Positions 1 through 9,213 of a stretch of DNA of 64,000 nt are shown here, one piece after another (position 1 is the stretch's first letter; the number at the start of each line of letters is the position of its first letter). Both the position numbers and the translations under genes were made by a program. Source of the DNA: Candidatus Cloacimonadales bacterium. Lineage in GTDB: Bacteria; Cloacimonadota; Cloacimonadia; Cloacimonadales; JAFGVF01. A model generated the notes under the pieces. It saw only the letters and a program-made list of their open reading frames with translations, was not told the origin of the DNA and did no database searches. The stretch is taken from assembly GCA_963662585.1 (NCBI GenBank), contig OY759729.1, positions 864,001 to 928,000 of the forward strand, given 5' to 3'.

Positions 1-2
1 AA

Positions 3-743
3 ACAGTATATTCTAACAATAGAATGGCTGAAGCAGCAGTATCTAATGAAATACTTAAACAAGCATGTTTGGAGAGTAATATAGGTGAACAGCTTGATTT
101 TAGCATAATTTATCTATCTAATGAAAATGATTATCGCCAAATTATACTAACTAATAGTGGTAATGGAAATTTAACAATTGATGAGATAAGTTGCAATGAA
201 CCTGCTTTTAATCTTATTTATGATGACCTGAATCTCTGCATAGAGCCAAACGCTACTTTCTCTCTTGCAGTTGAATTTATTCCTGATAATCTTGGAATAT
301 ATTCAGGAGAGTTAATAATTAACAATGATTCAAGTAATGAACCTAATTATACTGTTTCTTTAAACGGAACATACCAAAGCTTATTACCAGCTCCTCCTGC
401 AAATATTCAGGTAACAATTGAAGCTGCTAATGCAAATATTACTTGGGATGCTGTAACACAGGATATTAATCATAATCCCATTACTCCAAGTCGTTATGTT
501 ATTTATGCTAATGACCAATACCCTAATGGTGATGATGATTACTTCTTAGTCGCTACTACACAAAACTTATCCTTTATTCATAATATCGAGATCAGTGATA
601 GTGACTTCATGTTCTACAAAATAAAAGCTCTCATTGATATTGATAATGATACTTTGAGTATAATTGAAGAAATAGCTAAGCAAAAAAGAAAGGTTAGTAA
701 GAAAAATATTGAAAGAAAATACTTGTTTCCTCTAAGAAATTAA
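3..743 (+). CDS. 5'-truncated secreted/surface protein with ASH/choice-of-anchor-D-like Ig domain and C-terminal FN3-like domain
   Basis: Frame is open from position 3 (TVYSNNR) into the ATG at 24, so the gene probably starts before the window. IILTNSGNGNLTI...F.P...G.YSGELII is typical of ASH-type Ig domains; PAPPANIQVT..ITWDAV is FN3-like. Confidence 0.55.
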   Translation, partial: TVYSNNRMAEAAVSNEILKQACLESNIGEQLDFSIIYLSNENDYRQIILTNSGNGNLTIDEISCNEPAFNLIYDDLNLCIEPNATFSLAVEFIPDNLGIYSGELIINNDSSNEPNYTVSLNGTYQSLLPAPPANIQVTIEAANANITWDAVTQDINHNPITPSRYVIYANDQYPNGDDDYFLVATTQNLSFIHNIEISDSDFMFYKIKALIDIDNDTLSIIEEIAKQKRKVSKKNIERKYLFPLRN

Positions 744-863
744 ATTAGCCGAGAGTATGAGCTAATATTTAAAAATATAGACAACTATATTTTTGGCATA
801 TAAATATTGCTTGACACTAATTTCGACTACAATTTACTTAGGAAAATAATGATAAGGATTGTT

Positions 864-1577
864 ATGAATATTATAAAATATTATAGATTGTTTAAAAGCT
901 TAATTTTTAGATTCAATCTTGGGAAATGTCTTCCTTCTGCAAAATTAGAACTCATGGCAAATATGTCCAAATTATCTGTTTGGATAAATAATAACAAAAA
1001 GATACCATTTTCAGATTTCCCCACCAATAAATTTGATTATTCCAAGAGGTACAAACTATACGAATATCTTATTTCGTCTCAGATACTAAGTAAAGAATTA
1101 GATTATTTAGAATTTGGTGTATCAAAAGGGGTCTCTTTTAAATGGTGGATGGAAAAGCTTACAGACACTTCAAATAGATTCTATGGCTTCGATACTTTTA
1201 CTGGCCTACCTGAAGACTGGGGCTTTTTCAAAAAAGGTGATATGCACAATGATGATGATATTCCAATCATTGATGATACAAGACATAAGTTTTATAAAGG
1301 ACTTTTTCAAGATACAATCTATGACTTTCTAAAAGAATATAAACCTAATAAAAGAAGAATAATCCATATGGATGCTGACATCTATAGTGCTACAATCTTT
1401 GTTTTAAATGTAATCACGCCATATCTTAAGAAAGATGATATTATTCTTTTTGATGAATTCAATGTTCCTATGCATGAGTTTAAAGCTTTTTCGGAATGGG
1501 TGCAAACTAATTACATCAAATACGAAGTTCTTGGTTCAGTTAATAATTTCTATCAAGTGGCAATGCTTTTAAAATAA
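864..1577 (+). CDS. TylF/MycF/NovP-like class I SAM-dependent O-methyltransferase
   Basis: Motifs YLEFGV, YGFDTFTGLPEDW, IHMDADIYSAT and ILFDEF. Start moved to ATG 864 because AAGGA lies at 854-858 and a TTGACA lies at 811, inside the longer ORF. Confidence 0.8.
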   Translation: MNIIKYYRLFKSLIFRFNLGKCLPSAKLELMANMSKLSVWINNNKKIPFSDFPTNKFDYSKRYKLYEYLISSQILSKELDYLEFGVSKGVSFKWWMEKLTDTSNRFYGFDTFTGLPEDWGFFKKGDMHNDDDIPIIDDTRHKFYKGLFQDTIYDFLKEYKPNKRRIIHMDADIYSATIFVLNVITPYLKKDDIILFDEFNVPMHEFKAFSEWVQTNYIKYEVLGSVNNFYQVAMLLK

Positions 1578-1706
1578 ATATATGTTCTTATGAATAAACC
1601 ACAATGATTTAACAAACAAGCCTATATTATTTGAATAAAGTAATATAAAAAATTTACATTTTACAAAATAAAAATAAGGAAGATTTATGCCCAACTATGA
1701 AGAGAT

Positions 1707-3819
1707 ATCGAGTAGGGTGGTGCGTTAGCACCATCCCTCTCACAGAACCGTGCGTACGGACCTCGTACACGGCTCCTGATAAACCTTGTAATTATTCATA
1801 ATAATTAAATAAAACACCTGTAGGTTTTGATAATAAATCATATAGTCCTAATTGTTTAAACCATTCATTAGGCAAAGCTCTATGGATATGTTAACAACCT
1901 GAATTCTTCCAATGTGTCATAGATATTTTTGGAAAATCTCTTTTATGACCAACTCTTCTAAGTTGCTGGTGAAAGGCTTTCCAACTTTTCCACTCTCGCA
2001 TTTTCTTCATCCGTAGTCGCCTCCTTATCCAAGATATTAAAGACTGAAAGACTACTTTGCAATTTGCTACCCTAATGTAATTCGTCCACCCCCTTAGTAT
2101 CGGATTAAGTCTTTTAATCATCATTTCAACATTTAATCCGCTATTCCGTGGAGTCAGTGACCGAATTTTATCTTTGAACGCTTTTACCCTTTTATCTTCT
2201 ATTTTAACATACTTCTCATGTATCTCAAATCCAAGATATTTTACTCCATTTAATACACTCGCAATATGTGTCTTTTCTTCATTCACGATGAGATAAATAG
2301 AGTTTAGGTATTCAAACGCTGTTCGTTGATATTGTTCTGCTTTCTTCTTAGTCTTGGCAAAAAAAAAGTAATATATCATCAGCATAGCGTACTATCTCAA
2401 TTCCTCGACTCTTCATTTCTTGGTCAAAGCTATCAAGATATATGTTCATAAGGAGTGGAGAGATTACCCCTCCTTGTGGACTTCCTATCTCTGTTTCACT
2501 ATACCTTCCTTCTTGCATAACTCCAGATTTTAAGGTTTGCTCTATCAACTTTAATAATGTTCCGTCACTTATTTTCCTGTTTAATGTTTGCATTATGAAT
2601 TTATGATTTAATGTATCAAAACATTTTGATAAATCCATATCCACTACATAAGGAAGTTCATCACGTACCATTAATACTTGTGCTTTAGCTACTGCCATTT
2701 GACAACTTTTGTTTGGTCGGTAGCCACAACTTTGCGGATGAAAATCAGGTTCAAAAATCGGTTGGATGATGTTATTTATTACCTGCTGTACGATTCTATC
2801 CTTAACAGTAGGTATCCCTAATGGTCTCATCTTACCATTTGCTTTAGGTATCTCTACCCGTTTTACAGGTGATGGAATATAATTCCCACTTTTCAATTCT
2901 AAATGAATATTCTCTAAGTTCTCTTGAAGGTCTTCCCAAAATTTTGATATAGTAATATTATCTATACCAGCTGCACCTCTGTTTTTCTTTACTTTTAGAA
3001 AAGATTCATAGAGATTACCTTTTGAGTAAACTTTATCAATTAAACTATACCATTTCTTCATTTAGTTTCTCCTTTTCACAATAAACAAAATTAAGTTTAT
3101 ACTTTCAAATGACAGTTTATTCAATGAAGACCTTTGATGTTTTTAGCTCTAAGCAATCTTTATCAAAGATTTTACAGGTTTTGACTATTAGCCTATATTA
3201 ACTTCATCTACTCAGTCTCGTAAGGTCGTGATAGAAAGAAGGTACTCACCACCGTCTATCCGAGCCTTGAATCTTACGATTCTCTTCGTTTCCTACTTTT
3301 AAGAAAATACTCCTTCAACATGTTCATTCTTTGGTTTATCTTCATCCCTTCGCATGAAAAATGACATTTTGAGTCATTTTCCTCAATATTACTATGAATA
3401 TTGTCCCTTTTGTTTTATCCTCCAGTCTGTCACCAGCTTTCATTGGCAAAAGGTTTATCACTACTATGGAATCATCTGCCACATGCTAAAGCTTGATACA
3501 ACTCTTGCCTTTCAGCTTGAAGTCATAGTTACTCTTTATGAGACTGTAACAGGCTTCCCCAGTTAAGCTATCCTGCCTGAATGCAAATCCATCCGTTATA
3601 ATCCATGTAGTCGACTGACATTCGGGTGTCCTCATTTTTCGAAGAGTTACCACTACATAAACCAAAATCAGTTCACTTTCGCTATGTTCCACATTCTTCC
3701 TGCGTCTTACTTTAGACCCTGCCGTTACCAGCAACGCCCTTGGCCTCAGATTGACTTCCTGTCAGTTGGGTGTCAGGACTTCTTTCAGTCCATCGGCTCA
3801 GATAACATTCTGGGCAAAC
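1707..3819 (-). mobile_element. Group II intron (about 2.1 kb) with endonuclease-less RT/maturase ORF
   Basis: Minus-strand 3' end has domain V GAGCCGTGTACGAGGTCCGTACGCACGGTTC and domain VI ending CCCTACTCGAT. The 5' end reads GTTTGCCCAGAATG. Removing exactly 1707-3819 restores the hflK frame. Confidence 0.92.
1792..3061 (-). pseudogene. ltrA: Group II intron reverse transcriptase/maturase with a frameshift and a premature stop
   Basis: RT motifs RPLGIPTVKDRIVQ, VVDMDLSKCFD, GSPQGGVISPLL and YADD; domain X LNPILRGWTNY. Frameshift in a T9 run (2359-2367). In-frame TAA at 1891-1893 is followed by ALPNEWFKQLGLYDL up to the true stop at 1792. Confidence 0.9.
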
Positions 3820-4314
3820 TAAAATCAAATCCGAAAAGTTTGTGAAACTATCACCGAGGAAAATTACTTTAACATTGATAATAATTGCCCTTATAATCCT
3901 ATTCTTTACCGGTTTATACACTGTTAATCCTGAAGAAATGGGAGTTATTCAGCGATTTGGAAAATATGTAAAAACCACTGAACCTGGTCTTCATTTCAAA
4001 ATTCCCTTTGGAGTTGATAATCTCACCAAGGTAAGAGTAAAGCATGTTTTTAAGGAAGAATTTGGCTTTAGAACAGTTTCTCCCGGAGTTTATCTTTAAA
4101 AAAAAGATTATGAACTTCGGAAGTTTTTTTTGAATCTCTCCAAAGTATAGTGGGACATGTGATAAATGATTAAAAATTAAAGCCTTCTTTTATTATTTTT
4201 GGGAAATCAATATCTATCAATCCCGAAAGGATGTAAATTAATAGGCAGGGTTGGTTAGAAACTGTATATATGAACCCAAGATTTATCTTTGCCCAAAAGT
4301 GAAGCCCTAAATAA

Positions 4315-4878
4315 TTACTTAATATAATTTACGCAATTTTCTTTTCTTTGAGGAGCTTTTCCATCCGGGATTTTCTTATAACCTAAAGAAACAGCATAAT
4401 AAGGTTTAAAATCTTTAGGAATTTTTAGATCTTCTTTCAGGGTATCTCCATTTTCCCCACCAAAAGCAAAGGCAACTAATCCAATCCAGCAAGATCCAAT
4501 ATTTAAGCTTTCTGCTGCTAATAACATATTTTGGGTAGCTGCTGCGCAATTTGTTTCAGCTAGCATACCCTTCTGATCTCCGGAGACTAAGACTACTGTT
4601 GGGGCATTATAGAAAATATTGAAGTTAGGGTTATTAGCCATTTTCTGGAAAGTTTCATCTGGGTGTCATTTGAGAACATTTTTTGATTCTTGACTCAACT
4701 TAACAATTAGATCTCTATTTTGAATTACTGTAAAATGCCATGATTGACAATTATGAGCACTCGGCGCATAGAGTCCTGCTTCGATAATCTGTTTAACTTC
4801 AGAATCCCTTAGTTGTCTTTCGTCATAAATTCTAGTTGATCTTCTATTTAATATAGTTTCATGTACTTTTGTACTCAT
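4315..4878 (-). pseudogene. Nitroreductase family protein interrupted by in-frame TGA (codon 71)
   Basis: RRSTRIY..APSAHNCQSWHF in the first part and AATQNMLLAAESLNIGSCWIG in the second are in the same frame, separated only by TGA at 4666-4668. GGAG RBS precedes ATG 4878. Confidence 0.8.
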
Positions 4879-4965
4879 GTTTTCTCCATTTAGATTTTTA
4901 TCAAAAAAAATAAGCACTCTTCGATAAATAACCACTTTTAATTTTATTTCTTAATGATTCTTTGC

Positions 4966-5047
4966 TACTTCCTACCTGCTCCTCTACTGTCATCACAGAT
5001 GAAATTCAATTAATCTTTGTGTTCAATGAGAAGGAGCAAGGAAAGTA
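4966..5047. repeat. Imperfect palindromic intergenic element (copy 1 of 3)
   Basis: 5027-5041 is the exact reverse complement of CCTTGCTCCTTCTCA at 59859-59873. Similarity continues through the ATTGAATTT..TGTGAT core. Confidence 0.55.
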
Positions 5048-5086
5048 CAAAGAAAAAGAAGAGGAAAAAAAGTTGCGAATAATTTA

Positions 5087-6664
5087 CAGGCATACCCCAA
5101 AAAAAATTTGATATAATATAGTGAACTTTCAGTTTTATAGTAAGTTAGATATAAAAATTGTCTAAAAAGATTGATTTATAGGTATTACGAATAAACTTAA
5201 ACTTTTCTATTAAAATTACGAGAAAGCTTGCAAACAAGGCTAATATTAAGACACTTTTAGAAATAGTATAACTAATTGATAGATAATAAAATAAGAAAAA
5301 TAATCCTTGCAAAAAAAGTGCTCCTAAATACAATTAGATTATCTACTAAATAATTTCTAAAGGAGCACTTTAACAATGGATTTAAAAAAACAGAATATAA
5401 TAAAATTACAAGGTAAATTTTCAAAAAGAGTAAAAAAATATTCAGAAGGCTTAACTATTCCTGAGCATAAAGCCTTGAAAGATATAACGAAAGGAGTCAT
5501 TTCAAGTAGCTCGGTTATTGTTCGACAAATAGCAACAAGTTTACATGAAAAAATTAGTTTAGATAAAGTATGTGAGAGATTATATAGAAACCTAAAGAAT
5601 GAGAAAATTGGAAAAGTGGTAAGTGAAAATTTGTTAAAATACAACAGTGCAAAAGCTACCAATGACACATATTTTATAGTTGATGAATCAGATATATTGA
5701 AGCCAGAATCAAATAAGTTAGAAGGACTATCAAGAGTTAGAGATGGTTCTACTGGACAAAGAGCGAAAGGTTATCATTTACTTAATATTGCATCACTAAC
5801 AGATAAGGGTAAGAACTATTCAATACTCCCAATATGCAGTCAATTATATAGTAATATTATAGAAGAAGATACTTCTAAGAATATACTTGAAGATAGAATT
5901 ATAGATATTACTATTCACAGTAATAATAAAGGTATTTTTGTGTTTGATAGAGGTTATGATAGCCGTAAGTTAATAACTTTACTATCAAATAATGAAAACA
6001 ACTATATAATTAGAAGTACAGGTAAGAGATCTATTATTGATGGTAATACCGAAGTTAGCTTTTCATCAGTAATAAGGCGAATAAAACTAAAACATGAGCT
6101 TAAAACATCTGATAATAAAACTTTTAATTGCGGAACAAAGAGAGTGAAAATAAGAATTAATCCATATAAACTTAAGCATCCAGATATAGTTGAAGCAAAC
6201 TTAGTTGTTGTAAGGCATGGTAAAAAAGGAGGCTTGTTTTATTTTCTATGTAACTTTAATGATAGCACAATGACAGATTATGAAATAATATTAAAAGCTG
6301 TTAAAGGATACAGAAAAAGATGGAAAATCGAAGAGTTCCATAGACATATCAAGCAGGAGTTTAATTGGGAAAAAGTTCAGCTGATGTCTGATGTAGGATT
6401 GAAAAATATTAATGTTATATTAATAGTGGCAGTAGATATAGTTTATTCTACAATAAAATATCTGGAAGAACTTTTATATCAATTCCCTGAGTTCGGTAGC
6501 ACTAATTATAAGAATCATACCTATGTCTATTACAAACTGAGTAGAATCATAAAGCACATATTTAATAACACTAAATTGAATAAAATTATACCGCACAAGG
6601 GGGAATATCATGACAAGCTACAACTACGGATCAATTTCTTATAAAAATAATGGGGGTATGCCAA
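5087..6664 (+). mobile_element. IS4-family insertion sequence (about 1.58 kb)
   Basis: Terminal inverted repeat core GGCATACCCC (5089-5098) / GGGGTATGCC (6653-6662) brackets a DDE transposase. Exact ends are uncertain by 1-2 nt and no clear target duplication is visible. Confidence 0.8.
5376..6644 (+). CDS. IS4-family DDE transposase
   Basis: IVDES and VFDRGYD motifs plus a perfect Y-(2)-R-(3)-E-(6)-K signature YRKRWKIEEFHRHIK. ORF is intact at 422 aa. Confidence 0.9.
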   Translation: MDLKKQNIIKLQGKFSKRVKKYSEGLTIPEHKALKDITKGVISSSSVIVRQIATSLHEKISLDKVCERLYRNLKNEKIGKVVSENLLKYNSAKATNDTYFIVDESDILKPESNKLEGLSRVRDGSTGQRAKGYHLLNIASLTDKGKNYSILPICSQLYSNIIEEDTSKNILEDRIIDITIHSNNKGIFVFDRGYDSRKLITLLSNNENNYIIRSTGKRSIIDGNTEVSFSSVIRRIKLKHELKTSDNKTFNCGTKRVKIRINPYKLKHPDIVEANLVVVRHGKKGGLFYFLCNFNDSTMTDYEIILKAVKGYRKRWKIEEFHRHIKQEFNWEKVQLMSDVGLKNINVILIVAVDIVYSTIKYLEELLYQFPEFGSTNYKNHTYVYYKLSRIIKHIFNNTKLNKIIPHKGEYHDKLQLRINFL

Positions 6665-6742
6665 GTATTTTCTTTTTTTATTGACAAAATTGAGGCATCC
6701 TACAAAAAGAAAAGAAAAATTGAGTTTCAAATGGAGAATCTT

Positions 6743-7693
6743 ATGAAAAATATTCTAGTTCTTGGAGCTGCAGGTCAGATTGGTTCTGAATTAGTACCTT
6801 ATCTAAGAAATTTGTATGGTGCTAATAATGTTGTAGCTACTGATGTTCATAGTAATTGTAGTCCTGCAATAACGGAAGGTGGTCCTTTCATAACTTGCAA
6901 TGCTTTAGATGGTGCAAAACTAAATGAGATTGTAACTAATTATAAAATTGATACTATCTATAATTTAGTAGCTATGTTATCAGCTAAGGCTGAAGCTGAC
7001 CCTAAATTCGGTTGGGATTTAAATATGGGTGTTCTCTTCAACTGCTTAGAGATAGCAAGAGAGAAGAATGTTGCTGTCTTTACCCCAAGTTCTATTGGAG
7101 CATTCGGTCCTGAAACTCCAATGGATATGACTCCTCAAGATACTATTATGCGACCTAAGACTATCTATGGTGTATCAAAAGTAGCTGGAGAATTATTAGC
7201 TGATTATTATGTTAAAAGATTCGGCATTGATGCTCGTGGCGTACGCTACCCTGGTATCATCTCTTATGTTACTTTACCAGGTGGTGGAACAACTGATTAT
7301 GCTGTAGAAATCTACTATGAAGCAATCAAGACTAAAAGTTTCTCTTCTAATCTTAAAGCTGGTACATTCTTAGATATGATGTATATGCCTGATGCTTTAA
7401 AAGCTGCTGTGGAAGTAATGGAAGCTGATCCTGCTAAACTAATTCATAGAAACTGTTTCAATGTTGCTTCTATGTCTTTTGACCCAGAAATCATAGCTAA
7501 TGAAATTAAAAAACATATTCCTGAATTCACTCTCACTTATGATGTAAATCCTATGAAACAAGCTATTGCTGAAAGCTGGCCTAATAGTATGGATGATTCA
7601 GCTGCTAGAGCAGAATGGGGCTGGAATCCAACTTATAACCTAGAGACAATGACTGTTGATATGTTAGAAAAATTAAAAGAAAAACTTAAATAA
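6743..7693 (+). CDS. NAD-dependent epimerase/SDR-type L-threonine 3-dehydrogenase
   Basis: GAAGQIG, PSSIGAFG, YGVSK and PGGGTTDYAV motifs typical of SDR-type ThrDH. GGAG RBS precedes ATG 6743. Confidence 0.85.
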   Translation: MKNILVLGAAGQIGSELVPYLRNLYGANNVVATDVHSNCSPAITEGGPFITCNALDGAKLNEIVTNYKIDTIYNLVAMLSAKAEADPKFGWDLNMGVLFNCLEIAREKNVAVFTPSSIGAFGPETPMDMTPQDTIMRPKTIYGVSKVAGELLADYYVKRFGIDARGVRYPGIISYVTLPGGGTTDYAVEIYYEAIKTKSFSSNLKAGTFLDMMYMPDALKAAVEVMEADPAKLIHRNCFNVASMSFDPEIIANEIKKHIPEFTLTYDVNPMKQAIAESWPNSMDDSAARAEWGWNPTYNLETMTVDMLEKLKEKLK

Positions 7694-7717
7694 TTAACAA
7701 ATTATGAAATATAAAAC

Positions 7718-7746
7718 AAAGGGACTGAAAATTCAGTCCCTTTTTT
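7718..7746. terminator. Bidirectional intrinsic terminator
   Basis: AAAGGGACTGAA-AA-TTCAGTCCCTTTTTT between convergent genes. Confidence 0.85.
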
Positions 7747-7761
7747 AATATTCTTAATTAA

Positions 7762-9204
7762 TTATGCTTTTACATTGCAAACAATGTTTCTAAATCTAGC
7801 TGGAGCAACACCATGTGAAAGGTGCATAGCTTGACCAGGTTCTCCCTTACCGCAGTAAGAAGTTCCGTGGAATTTCCATTCTGATTCGGAACAGATAGCA
7901 TCACAAGCACCCCAGAATTCAGGAGTGATACCGAAATAGGTAGGTTCTTTTACGATACCAACTATCTGGCCATCAACGATTTTATAACCGATTTCAGTAG
8001 TGAATTGGAAGTTATTTCTATTATCATCAATAGACCATGTCTTGGTGAAATCAATATAATATCCTCTTTCAGTACTCTTTATTAAATCATCTAAACTTCC
8101 AGCTTTACCAGGAGCAAGACAGAAGTTAGTCATTCTAACTAATGGAAAGTCATCTGCAAAAGATGCCATCATATTAGAAGATGATTCTAAACCAAGCTGA
8201 GGAGCTATTTCACGAGAAGTTTGTTGATCCAAGAGAATACCATCTTTGATGATATCTACTCTTCTTCCAGGAACTCCTTCATCATCTACTAAATGGTAAC
8301 CAATACCGCGTGGGTCTGTGGAATCACTATAGATATTAACTTCTTTAGAACCATATTTAAAGTTACCTAGCATTGAAGGCTTAATAAAAGTTTTTCCTGC
8401 ATAGGATATTTCCATACCGAGAATTCTATCAGCTTCAGTAGCATGTCCAACACTTTCATGAAGTTGGAGAGCAAGATGACCTCCACCGATAATAATATCA
8501 GCTTTCTCTTCTTCAATAGTTGGAGCGTCTAAAAGATCAATAACTTCTTTAACTATTCTATCAACATTCTCTTCTAATTTAGCATTCCTGACAACTTCAA
8601 ATCCACCTCTCTGAGTGCTCATGTGACCAGGCCATGTTCTTTCTTGCATTCCCTTGCTATTTACTGCTACAACAGACATTGAAGGCATTGTATCATAAAC
8701 AAGAGTATCAACGAAAGTAGCTTCTGTATTGGCATATACTTTATACTGTCTATAGAAGTCAACATGAACTGAGGAGTGAATAATTTGAGGATTTACATTA
8801 AGCTTATTAGCAATGTTCTGGAAATACTCAATCTTCTGATCATCGTCCATGGTAAAAGGATCTTCTTCTGGAACAAAGTAGTAAGAGCCAGTAGTTGGAT
8901 TAATAGACTTAAATGCTACAGGTGTATGTCTGAATCTAGCACTATGTTTAGCATTACTTACTGCCAAATTTATAAGGCTATCAATCTTAGTAATATCTAT
9001 CACATCAGTACCAGCAAATCCCCAGCAACCATCTATTAGAACTCTAATTCCTAGAGCTTCTGCATCAGTAGTTTTGGAAATATGCTTGAGATTTTTCTTT
9101 TCAAAGTATATTGTCTGTTTATCAGAGGAAGTAAATCTTACATCACCAAACTGGATATTGCGTTTCTTTAACTTGCTCATTATATCATAAATTAGTTTTT
9201 TCAT
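7762..9204 (-). CDS. tldD: TldD metalloprotease subunit
   Basis: HESVGHATEAD (HExxxH), DDEGVP, RMTN and CGKGEPGQ motifs. Confidence 0.9.
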   Translation of the reverse strand: MKKLIYDIMSKLKKRNIQFGDVRFTSSDKQTIYFEKKNLKHISKTTDAEALGIRVLIDGCWGFAGTDVIDITKIDSLINLAVSNAKHSARFRHTPVAFKSINPTTGSYYFVPEEDPFTMDDDQKIEYFQNIANKLNVNPQIIHSSVHVDFYRQYKVYANTEATFVDTLVYDTMPSMSVVAVNSKGMQERTWPGHMSTQRGGFEVVRNAKLEENVDRIVKEVIDLLDAPTIEEEKADIIIGGGHLALQLHESVGHATEADRILGMEISYAGKTFIKPSMLGNFKYGSKEVNIYSDSTDPRGIGYHLVDDEGVPGRRVDIIKDGILLDQQTSREIAPQLGLESSSNMMASFADDFPLVRMTNFCLAPGKAGSLDDLIKSTERGYYIDFTKTWSIDDNRNNFQFTTEIGYKIVDGQIVGIVKEPTYFGITPEFWGACDAICSESEWKFHGTSYCGKGEPGQAMHLSHGVAPARFRNIVCNVKA

Positions 9205-9213
9205 TGAGCTCTC

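Larger units (their letters stand above)
1687..4099 (+). pseudogene. hflK: hflK (SPFH protease modulator) N-terminal fragment, split by an antisense group II intron and truncated
   Basis: Joining 1687-1706 (ATG CCC AAC TAT GAA GAG AT) to 3820 (T AAA ATC...) restores the frame MPNYEEIKIKSEKFVKLSPRK-TM helix-YTVNPEEMGVIQRFGKY..TEPGLHFKIPFGVD..EEFGFRT. It stops at 4099 after about 99 codons. RBS-like AAGGAAG precedes 1687. Confidence 0.8.

Noticed and set aside
1792..3061. Retron, DGR or defence RT
   Set aside because: Domain X and canonical domain V/VI RNA identify a group II intron; no template/variable repeat pair was seen.
3354..3921. Short ORFs 3354-3566, 3486-3734, 3712-3921
   Set aside because: They overlie intron ribozyme domains or the hflK antisense strand and have no protein motifs.
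5145..5668. Minus-strand ORFs in the IS (5145-5333, 5357-5668)
   Set aside because: Antisense or AT-rich chance ORFs with no motifs.
6650..6742. N-terminal extension of the dehydrogenase from ATG 6650
   Set aside because: That ATG lies at the IS right end, upstream of the TTGACA and RBS; 6743 is the better start.
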